NCBI RefSeq assembly: GCF_011386835.1
Contig: NC_088800.1
Coordinates: forward strand, 14,694,001-14,758,000
Source: Chrysemys picta bellii
Taxonomy: Eukaryota
Direction of reading: 5' to 3'
DNA length: 64,000 nt
Shown one piece after another: positions 12,474 through 22,445 of this stretch (position 1 is its first letter; each line of letters begins with the position of its first letter). Under the pieces are notes generated by a model. The model was given only the letters and a program-made list of their open reading frames with translations, was not told where the DNA came from and did no database searches. A program made the position numbers and the translations under genes.

Positions 12474-13154
12474 TGTAGAGGTGCAGACTCACCCCTGTGG
12501 TGCCTCCTATTGGTTGCTTCGGCAATTAGCTCATCCAGCATCCTAGAGCACCCCCTGCAGGCTGGTGATCCACCTTGTCCTCTACTGGCTCCATGTCCCT
12601 CCCAGGACCCCAGTGCCCCTTGCTGTGGGTGCTGCCCCTAGCAGTACCCACACAGTACTAGGGTCTTCCCTCCCTGGGGAACCCCCACCCACTATCCCTC
12701 CCTCATCTCAGCATAAGGCCACTGCCAGTCTCCAACTAGCCCCCATTCCGTGGGGTAGACTGCAGTATAGGCCACTCATCATCAACAAGGTTGGGTTTAG
12801 ACCTGCTGCCTTGGCCTAGCTCTGGGCTGCCCTCTGCAACCCTTGGTCTTCCAGTAAGACACAGCCTGGGGCTTTCCAGGCTGGTGCTCCCCCACCTGTC
12901 TTCAGCCCTGCTCCACTCAGGTACCCTGTCTCTAGCTTGCAGCAGCCAGGCCCTTCTCCCTCTGAAGGGAGAGAGGGATGCTTTAGTCCCTGGCTCACAG
13001 CCTTTTTATATAGGGCCAGCTGAGGCCTGATTGGGGTGTGGCCCAGCTGCAGCTGCTTCCCAATCAGCCCAGCTTAGCAGCTCCCAGCCACAACCTCCCC
13101 CCCAGGGCTGTTTTAAGCCCTTCAGGGCAGGAGTGGGGTAACTACCCCGCTACA
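12474..13154 (-). mobile_element. Solo LTR, Gypsy-type
   Basis: TGT...ACA termini, perfect 5-bp TSD gtcag (12469-12473 and 13155-13159), minus-strand TATA box TATATAAAAAGG at ~13001-13012. Confidence 0.85.
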
Positions 13155-15669
13155 GTCAGATTTTGTAGGAGTTGTCAAGGTCTGAGTTTGGGATCTGATC
13201 GGGGATTGGAATGAATTAAGATTCTGGTGAAGGACATCATGATGTGGGGGACGGACAGGGCCTTTTTTAGGACTAGGATTTCTCATCTAAGAATCTTTAC
13301 TTCAGTCCTTTTCAGAAATCTTCAAAGCCCATAGAGAGCCTAAACCCTCTTAGTTTGAGCCAGACCAATCTGTTGACGTGTGACACCTTTCACCTTGTTT
13401 CCTTCTTGGTAAAGTTCTCTCTCCACTTAACCTGGTCCCATTCCTCTCCTCTGGGACACAGGTTTGTCCTCCCGGTGTGGCGTCCCTTTACTATTATTTG
13501 TATTGTGGCTCCACCTAAAGGCCAGAGGCAGGATTTGGGCTCCATTGTGCAAGCAGGTAGATATGACCCCTACCCTCGGAGTCCAATCCAGAAGAAAGCC
13601 TCTGCCTGACTTCTCAGCCATGCTGTTTGTGAGGCCTGAATGGAACAGGAAGGACAAGTGCTTTCCAAATCCAGACTAGTAACACAATCCCACACCTGCT
13701 TTGCATTGGAAAGCTTCTGTTTCAGGTCTGCTTCACCAGCTCCCTCGTGTGCAGAGAGCAGGCACTATGCTCCATGTATAACTTTTCATTTCTTTGGTAT
13801 GGGAGCAACTTTTCTTCTGATGACTAGTACATGTTTTGTACTCTTCCTTATGCCTTTTACTAACAGCCTGCTGGAGCTGTGCCTTCTTGTGTGCAATGAG
13901 TGGCCTACTGTGGCAGATTATGGAGATGCTATGAGCGAGGGGCAATGGATTACCTACTGCATTGTGGATTTCAAGCCACTAGGCACACCCTTGAGTGCCA
14001 TGCTGCTACAGAGAAATGTCAGCCTCTCTCTTTGTAAGGGCCACACTTGTAAAGAAGAAAATGCTTCCGTTTCTGAACCTTAAACTAACCTCTCCCTCCA
14101 AGGCTAGCAGTAGGCTTCAGAAATAACAAAAGCCACAAGATCTACAGAGTGTTGCTGAACATTAAGTATGACTTTCACATTGTGTCAGAGAAAATACAGC
14201 TTTCTGGGGATTTGCTCAGAAAATTGTTAGTACAGATACTGTTAAGCAGTTAAGATCACTTCAGCCTTGAATAGTATTTCTTACCAATCGTCAGACCCAT
14301 TCCTTCTCAAGGACTGAATTCTCAGAACACACTTGGCTTGTTAATTAAATTTCAACTCAGTGTGCATACAACAGCCTCATGCATGCTTAGGTTCCTAGGC
14401 CATTGGGTTATTCAGCAGCTTCAATGAATTCTGCCATTCTCAGCTGTCAAACCATTTGTTGTCCATACAACCTACAACTTGCCTTATGAAAGCTTCCTTC
14501 AGAATGGTATTTTACACCACTTAAATATAAAAGGCAGTATTCATGCAGTTAGGTTAAACTCTCTAAAACCTATCCTTTAAAGATTCCTATGTCGGATGTA
14601 GCTAGTCAGTTCTGCAATCAGAAATCTAAGTCCTGCATTTTTTTTTCTTTAGAAAGGATCTACCAGCTCAGTGTTTCTAATGCAAAGCATCCTGTCTCAC
14701 ATTCAAGTACCTTGAACTTCAGCCTGGAGAGGGAGTGGAAGCTCCATTGCTTGAGTAACTAGACAAGGAATGTAAGGAACAATCCAGCCCTAGGTTTTGG
14801 GGTGGTTTCAAAGGTCTTAACTATCTCTAATGTCTGAGAGTTTTTACCAATGCCAAAAAAAATCCCCCAAACAACCTTAATTCAGTATTTACTTACCTCC
14901 CAAGTCTGCAGGGAGATTTAATTGATGTTTGTAAAGTATTTTGAGCTCTTTGGGTGGAAGGTGAAATGTCTGATCTTTAATAAAGTATTATTCAGAAATA
15001 TAAACTTCACTTCAGCTCTGGGTGAAAATGTTCTCAGTGCAGGCCACTGGGATGACTTGTGTGGTCCCCAAATTCACAAAACGTTAGGGGCCACATTTTG
15101 CTCACAGTGACACCTCTGCAACCCCATTGACATTAGCAGGGTGGTAATGGTGTAATCAAAGCAGATATTGGCCTGTTGTCCATTTGCTTTAAATTTTTCA
15201 CTTTTTTCTATGTAGTCCTTTGTGTGTCTGAGTCAGATTATGTCCTTTTGGGGCCAGGACCTTGTTTTGATTTGTGATTTGTAAAACACTGTGTACCTTT
15301 ATAGCACTATTGAATGTGGCAATACGCTTTCCTTTTCATCATAGTGAAACATCACAAAATCCCATTTTAACTGGTGCCCAAAGCTCTTTTCACAGCTGAA
15401 AATGGCAAAATTGTATGGTTACCTGTACTGCACTGGTGGCTAAGGACATCACAAAGGGATCAGGGCCCTATTGTGCTGGATGCTGTACAAACGCTTACTG
15501 AGAGCTGTAGATAGTTTAAAAAGTTGCATGAGATCTTTCAAAACGATCCAGACTCTTGCAGTGACCCATGTCGCAGGGCATAACACCTGACAAAGCCAAA
15601 GTAGCAAGGCAATGGGACTTGCCATCAGCGTATGTTCCATCCATCAGGATGACATTAGTGAGCTCAACA

Positions 15670-15900
15670 TGTGGCTGCACATTGAGACCATTTGGAAACT
15701 GAGTCTAATGCAGCATGTAGCCACCCACTTGTTAATCAGTGCATCGCTTTGAGAGCAATTTACACTCATTCTCTGGTAACTACACTGGCTACTTAATAGC
15801 AGAGCTATTGACCTATAAAACATGAAATGGACTGGGAGCTGCCTAACTGAGAGGCCATCGCACTCTCTCATACAATGCTCCCACAACTGGAGCCATTTCT
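15670..15900 (+). mobile_element. L2-clade LINE ORF2 C-terminal remnant
   Basis: Frameshifted traces of KL.L.Q.AA..L / LHWL (CTACACTGGCT) / LTYK (TTGACCTATAAA) / GLG in the expected order. Confidence 0.5.
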
Positions 15901-16106
15901 GTATATAAGAGAATAATATATTCTGTGAATACAGGGCTCTCTATAAAGCATTTTCTGGGAGGTGTCCTTGACTTTGGAGTTGATTCCCCCGCCTTGTCTG
16001 CCAGAGCACAGATGTCAAGTATCAGAGGGGTAGCCGTGTTAGTCTGAATCTGTAAAAAGCAACAGAGGGTCCTGTGGCACCTTTAAGACTAACAGAAGTA
16101 TTGGGA

Positions 16107-16147
16107 GCATAAGCTTTCGTGGGTAAGAACCTCACTTCTTCAGATGC
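16107..16147 (-). ncRNA. Minimal type I hammerhead ribozyme motif (Penelope-associated)
   Basis: Reverse complement is identical to the + copy at 16318-16358. Confidence 0.65.
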
Positions 16148-16317
16148 AAGTAATGGACATTTCCAGAGGCAGGTATAAATCAGTATGGAGATCACACTAA
16201 GGTGAACTAACCTCGTTAACACCTCAACTGCTAGCAGAGCACCTCACCCTCCCTGATTGAACTAACCTCCTTATCTCCATACTGATTTATACCTGGCTCT
16301 GGAAATTTCCATTACTT

Positions 16318-16358
16318 GCATCTGAAGAAGTGAGGTTCTTACCCACGAAAGCTTATGC
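16318..16358 (+). ncRNA. Minimal type I hammerhead ribozyme motif (Penelope-associated)
   Basis: GCAT-CTGAAGA-A-GTGAG(GTTCTTA)CCCAC-GAAA-GCTT-ATGC: helix I GCAU/AUGC, CUGANGA box, helix II, GAAA box, palindromic AAGCUU in place of helix III; predicted cleavage after 16354. Confidence 0.7.
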
Positions 16359-16546
16359 TCCCAATACTTCTGTTAGTCTTAAAGGTGCCACAGGATCCTC
16401 TGTTGCTTAGAGCACAGATGGTTAATCTTCCAGGCATCCCACCTTTGCTTTCATTTGGGGAAGTGGGCTGATGGACATTGTAGTTAAAGGGGTTAGTTTG
16501 TTAAGATGATTTCCAGGCCACCTATTAACTATGCCGAGAGGATGAC

Positions 16547-16654
16547 TAGGGTGACCAGACAGCAAATCGGCATGGGGGGGGGGTAATAGCCTATATAAGA
16601 AAAAGACCCAAAAATGAGGACTGTCCCTATAAAATCGGGACATCTGGTCACCTA
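16547..16654. mobile_element. Short hAT MITE (TAGGGTGACCAGA TIR family)
   Basis: TAGGGTGACCAGA...TCTGGTCACCTA; flanking duplication (g)aggatgac. Confidence 0.88.
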
Positions 16655-17529
16655 GAGGATGACAATGTGATGATTTAAGTGCCCATCTCAAGCTCTGGGC
16701 CCTTTACAACAATTTCATGCAAGAGTTAAAACAATCAATATCTAGTTAGGTATTTATACCAGACCCAGGTAGTGTCTGAATATCTTGTATGCTGAGCCCT
16801 GTGGGATCATGTCTCTGCACTGAGTTGCCAGGGGGGAATCTGCAACTGTTTCCGAAATACAGCCTGCACCCCGCTCCTCCTATCACACTCCTCTACCTAC
16901 CCAATCTGTTCTAACCTCTTTAAGTAAACAGCAAACCTTTCCAGATACTGTGCCCATTTGCTGACTTTGAAAGGATAGAGCAGGAAAGGAGGGCAGCAAG
17001 TGGATTTGAATATGTCTATAGCTGGGGCAAGTAATTCTCCTGCAATGAGGAAAAAATAGGACCAGGTGTGTGTAAGAAGGTTATAAAACGGATATACAGC
17101 TGCATTTTAATCCCCGTTTTAGGAACTAAGGCTAGTTGGTGTATTCCTTAACTCTGAATGGAACCCAGCCTCTTCTCGCCTTCAAAGACCTTCTTCCTAT
17201 TGATAGTCAGATGCAAAACATCACTTGTTTAGGATTTGCTCTAAGCAAGGGAGCAGCTAAGCTTTTTCCATCCTAGGAGCCACTGCAAGTTCTCAGCAGA
17301 GAGAGAGAGAGAATAAATGAAGATGTTATGGTGAAAGAGATGTGCAGAGGCACAGAGGATTTTGCAAATCCGGTAACACCTGCAATGCTTCTTCCTTAGC
17401 AAGGCTGGACCCGTGCTAATTGCTGTAGATTTACACTGATTCCACCCCCCCACCCCCATGTGGGAGGCACTAGGAAGGCAGTTTAGCAGCACCAGGATGG
17501 ATGATGTGTGCACTGACATTTGCAATCTG

Positions 17530-18700
17530 TTGCCATGGTCGCCCGGGGACTCTTGTTTTGAAGTCGGATTTTTCTCCCTACCTCCTTTCGGGTGACGTCA
17601 TGGATGTCCACGGTGGTGACAGGCCACCTGTGGGTTGATCAAGGGTTTAAAGAGACAGTCCTGCAACAGGAGCCCCGGCTATTGTCTCTGCACCTGATAA
17701 AAGATGGGGCGCAGCAGCCCCTGCCCCACCCTCCGTCCACGCCTGCTGCCGCCAGGGCGGAGGAGGCAGGTGGTCCAGGGGGCAGGACACGGCGCAGCCC
17801 GGCCACCCCCAGCGAGCACAACTCCTACAAGAAGCAGCGTTGGGTGAAAGCCTCCCTCACTCTGGTGGAGACCGAGGCGCGGGAAGAAGCCGCCAGCCGG
17901 GCTCTCCGTCCGCCCCAGGGAGATGGTAAGAGGTAAGGCTTCATTGCAGACTAACCCCGCTCCTCCCAGGGCTGGGGAAAGTTTGCCGGGGAGTCCCTGG
18001 GGCCCCAGCGCCCGGGAGGCTCGCAGTGGCTTGCGGCGCTGGCGTGAGTGCATGTGTCTAGACTTGCAAGCGGCAGGAGGGGGGCTGCCCTCCCAGTTCC
18101 CAGGCGGGGCGGGTCTTTTCTCAGCCTGCTCCGGTCCCGTCCCGCTGGGCCTCGGCCCCCGGCTTTAGGGGGGCGGCAAACACGCGGGTGCGGCTGGCTG
18201 CAGCCTGAGCGAAGGCGCTCGGCCAAGTAGGGGGAAACCGGAGAGCGAGAATCTGGTGGAGTCCCGGGGCGGTTTCTTTGCAAGCCAGGCTCGGGAAAAG
18301 CAGGGGCGTGGGACCTCAGGCGGGTCCTCCCCCCGAACCAGGACTTCCCTGCCCCGGATCAAATCTTGGCAGCGGGGGACGCTGCTCGCTGCATCTGCTT
18401 CTTCACCTGGTCTCCTCCCTCCACGCCTGCCTCTCCTTCCCCTCTAGCTACTGTGTTCCTCCCTCTCTCTCACTTCCATTTCCCCCACACATACAACCAG
18501 CCTGGCCTTGTAAGGACCCCACACCGTGAAATGGCCCCGGGACTCTGCTCCTGCCAGCTTCCCTCTTGTTCACCAAGAGCCTAAATCGCCCCCCCCCCTT
18601 CCCTGCGACGAGCGGTTCTGCCCGCCTTTCATTTCGCTTTCCAGTCCCGGCTTCCCTTCGAGTCCCGGGCACCGGAGCAATGAATGATATCCTAGCATCC
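17530..18700 (+). promoter_or_regulatory. CpG island / candidate promoter and first exon of a non-coding (pri-miRNA host) transcript
   Basis: High CpG density; perfect CRE TGACGTCA 17593-17600; X-box-like GTTGCCATGGTCGC 17529-17542; strong donors G|GTAAGA (17926) and G|GTAAGG (17933). Confidence 0.55.
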
Positions 18701-19570
18701 TCTCCTGGAAAATGGCAATTACCCTTCGGCGGGACTTGTTGAATGCTAATAATTTAATTCAGCAAACTCTTGATTGTATTATTGGGCTTTACTATCTCAG
18801 AGGATCTCTCTCTCTCCCTTAGATTCTCCCCCTCTCCCCACCCTCACAAGAGGAGAAAACGCTTTGCTTTGACTTCCCTTTAGTGCAAATCGAATTGGAG
18901 AACAATTGCGGGCTGTGATTTAACAAAGGGGCTTCATTGTGTGTCACTGCCACCCCCAATTACTCCGCTGCTGTTTATTAAGCGGTAGCAGCCAGGGAAC
19001 TCATGCCCAATGGCTTGATGTCTGCACTTCTCCATTATCAATGCGTCCAGTCCTTCTCCTTTACTTCTCTGTGGAACATCACCTAGCAAAAAGCATGTCT
19101 TGTTCCCCATCAGCAGGGAGCTATTTCTCAGCAGAGAGGTAGATTGGGGAAGGTGGGGGAACAGGCGAGAGACCGTTCAGGGTGGAGGGCTGGATGGTGG
19201 GTAGGAGGTTAGAGGCACTTTCCTGGCTGAGGTTCTGGTTCTTCCCAAGTCTCTCTTCAGTGACCCAGTCTAGCCACCGCTTTCCTCCAGCCTCCCTTGA
19301 AGAGGGGGGGAAGGGCGGGATGTCCAAGCTGATGAACTTTTGATGTGCCGGGTCGTGTGTCCTGTAATATCCTGGGGTTTAATAATTGAAAGGCTGGATT
19401 GGGCTGCCTTTGTGCGGCGTGATGAATGGTAACCAGAGATTTGTCAGGTGGGCGCTGTCAGCAGAACCCTGAGAAGTAAATGCCCCCGGGTTTCAATACC
19501 TCCGGCGGGCAGGGGTGTGAGGCTCCGGTAACACCCGAAGCGTGGCCCCAGAGGCAGGCTGCACTACGAT

Positions 19571-19651
19571 TTCAGCACCAGCAAAGTGGACAGCATTTCC
19601 CCAGACCATACCTAGTCAGCTCCTAGCAGCACCACAGCCGCGGACAGTTCC
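19571..19651 (+). promoter_or_regulatory. Tandem non-canonical RE1/NRSE-like sites with 8-bp spacers
   Basis: TTCAGCACC-agcaaagt-GGACAGCATT (19571-19597) and AGCAGCACC-acagccgc-GGACAGTTCC (19625-19651). Confidence 0.55.
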
Positions 19652-20318
19652 CCGCCGCTCTCTCTGCTTGAAGCCTTCAGACAGTGTCCTTGTGGCAGTC
19701 TGCAGGACTCTGGAGGGGGGCTCCAGGGCCACCTCTGCCTTGCTCTCTTGTATTTATATTTAGATCTCTGAAAATATCCTTCATTCTGCTGCCTCTCCAG
19801 CCCCAGCACGAGCTGGGGGCAGGTCTAGGCTCATGTGGGTGTCAAGAGGCAGCAGACGCTCCTGTGGTGGGTATAAACTGGGGTGTGTAACAGGGACTGT
19901 TCTTAAATTGATGCAGACTCAGGTTCCCAAGTTCAGAGGTGCCCAAAATGCAGCTGTGTGCCTGGCCAAAGCCAGAGAGCTTGGTGTCTTCTCACCGGCG
20001 CTTGGCACTTGGCAGCGAGCCAGGTCTGGGGCATGGCCCCGGCATGTTGCCAGATGGCCTGGAATGTCTCTGGCAGCTTCAGTGCAAACGGGGAAGATGC
20101 TGCTGCTGCCCGCTGGAAACAAAGCGACCAGGCGCTGAGTGCGGAGCAGAAATGGTGTGTGTGTAGGTTGCCTTCTCCAGGTGTCCTCTACTCATGAGAT
20201 GCCTGGGGTACATGTGGCAGGGAACATGACAATCACTTCAGGAAGGGCAGAAGGCTGCAGCAGAGGCAAGGGGTTTGAGGGGGTGAGGTGGCAGATGCAG
20301 CTTTCTCCGGATTTCCAG

Positions 20319-20386
20319 TGCTCCTGCCCTACTATCCACGATTCTTCCATCTCTGGGAGGAAGGAAGCAGCCCGGCTCCAGTGCAG
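20319..20386 (+). other. Candidate internal non-coding exon (68 nt)
   Basis: Acceptor CTTTCTCCGGATTTCCAG and donor CAG|GTAAGT; no recognisable protein. Confidence 0.3.
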
Positions 20387-21011
20387 GTAAGTGCCTTGCA
20401 TTATGTCTTGCCAAGGATTGAAATATCACTAGTATGGGCCTGTTTGGGGGGATGGGGTCTGAGGCTTGGGACAGGCTAGAGAAGATGAGGAAGGAGGAGT
20501 GGGTTGTGTGTTTCCCTGCCATATGGAACTGCCTTCCTGAATGTATAAATGTGACTGTTTTAAAAACTCTTCAGTCCACTTCCCCCTGGCTACCTTGTGC
20601 TCAGGTTTGCACATCAGCAAACCAGATCTTCTGCTGGTTTAAATGAGTGTAGGTCCCTCCAACTCAAAGAAGCTGCACTGGCATACCTGAGTTGAGCATC
20701 TGGCCCTTGGTGTCTGTCTGGGCTTGTGGAGGGCACAGGGTCAGCCCCCTGGGACTAGCTCAGTTTGCCTCTGAACAGAATTCCTTTCCCACCCAGATCA
20801 CAAAGGGTGGGTGCTATTCACAGATGAGCTACTAGGTACTCTGTCAAATATCCCATCCCCAGTATACAGATTTCCCCCCCCCCCCAAAGCAAAGAGCAAA
20901 TATCTCAGCTCCCTGGTGTGTCCTTTGTCAGAGAAACTAAACATCGCCACTTCGTCCCCTGCCCCACCTCAGTATTCATCTGCAGACAAGTCTGTTGGGG
21001 TGTTGATGTCT

Positions 21012-21032
21012 GAGATTGTCCAGGGTGCTGAG
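21012..21032 (-). promoter_or_regulatory. RE1/NRSE-like site with canonical 2-bp spacer
   Basis: Minus strand CTCAGCACC-CT-GGACAATCTC versus consensus TTCAGCACC-nn-GGACAGCGCC; right half is weak. Confidence 0.4.
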
Positions 21033-21949
21033 AGCTTGGGCTGGTTCCTCCTTTGTTTGAGGTAGCAGAAAAACAAAGAGAATAATAAAATGGAAATCTC
21101 CCACTGGGTGGGAATCTGAGGCTGCTGCTTTCCTGGGTTTGCACATCTGCTTCTCCCACTTGCAGCAGCAGCACGGGGAGCTGAAGTGCTTTGGCACACA
21201 TTGGGTTAAAATCTCCCAACAATCAACCCCAGGGGGCTTGTCCCTGGGTGGATTTTTTGTTTTGGGGGTTAAGATAAGGGGAGAAGTGATGGGGTGACTC
21301 CAGCCAGTGATGCAGCAGCACCTTCACTGATTAGAAGGTTCAAATGGCCTCTGCAGCTGCATTACTCCAGCTTGAATGTAGAGCTGAGAAGGGCAATGAG
21401 GTCAATCCAAGAAGCACCAACAACTGCACACTCTTCTATATAAAGATTAGATATTTGAGCATCCACATTGCTCACGAAGGAGCTAAAAATAATCTCCACT
21501 GCAAGCAGTAATAAGGAAGCCCCCGAAAGCCTGCTAGCTCTTCCCCGAAGATATCAAGGGAGCTTGCTATTGGAAGCCTATAAAGTGAGGGATGAAACCT
21601 TTGAATCCAATGTTGAAATCAACTGAGCTATCCTTACCACCTGACACTTCGGAAGACACTTATCACCTGTGCAATAGCCTAACCATTGTGCCACTCGGGG
21701 AAAGCTGAGGTTTGCAGTAGTGACAGATGAGCACAAAGGAAATCCAAGAGGCCATCTGAGCAGTACCTGCTGGTGCAGCAGAAAGGTGTACAGGAGTATT
21801 GGTCAATAGACAGGAGGGAGTGTTAGGAACCCACTGAAAGACTAAGGACACCCTCTCTGGGGAAATTCAAGGGTTAAACCCTATGGAGGTGGTACAAATT
21901 CTAGGAGAGTGACTGTATGTTGCTGTTAGCTACAATTATAACAAAATGC

Positions 21950-22445
21950 CTGTATGGCAAGAATCAGGAATACTAGATAATGTCCTGTTGCTACTGTCGT
22001 CCGGCCTGAATCAGTTGCTTGTCAAATGGTAAGCCCTCTGTGGAGTCCCAAAGAGGACTGGACTAATCACCTATGAGATCTTCCTTCCTGGGCACGTTCA
22101 GAGCAGACAGTTCTTGCTGGCTTTGCTCTTCAAGGAATAATGGGAGTGAGTCGAGCCATAATATACTAGTGTTGATTCATCTTATTAGCGTACATGTTGT
22201 TAGTGCACCCTAAGGCTGTTATATGATCTCAGACTGAACTAGTAAAACATGGAGTGTATCCACAGCTGCCAGAGGGTTTGTTGGTCCAGCTTGTTGAGGA
22301 AGAAGTTGATGTTCTTGAGATGGCTCCTTTTTTGGGTAACTTGCCCCATGGAAGATTAGCAAGGTGATCTGGGGAAGTTGTTAACTGTGTTTGCAATCTC
22401 TGCTGCACAAAACAGCAGAGAAGAGAGCTCTGAAACCATGGCAAG
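21950..22445 (-). mobile_element. Decayed L2-clade LINE ORF2 fragment
   Basis: Frameshifted SSLLF..EIANTV / HLKNI / IH..FTS / ISPVL...H.L.I motifs, in the order of the L2 ORF2 C-terminal region. Confidence 0.5.

Larger units (their letters stand above)
16015..16408. mobile_element. Penelope-like element remnant with inverted terminal repeats
   Basis: ~136-bp near-perfect inverted arms (16057-16192 / 16273-16408); head TCAGAGGGGTAGCCGTGTTAGTCTG; 12-bp TSD agagcacagatg (16003-16014, 16409-16420). Confidence 0.85.

Noticed and set aside
17592-17936. 114-aa ORF in the CpG island ending at a splice donor
   Set aside because: No recognisable homology and Pro/Ala/Arg-rich, as expected for GC-rich DNA. 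No matching downstream coding exon found. A non-coding first exon is preferred, though a coding exon is not formally excluded.
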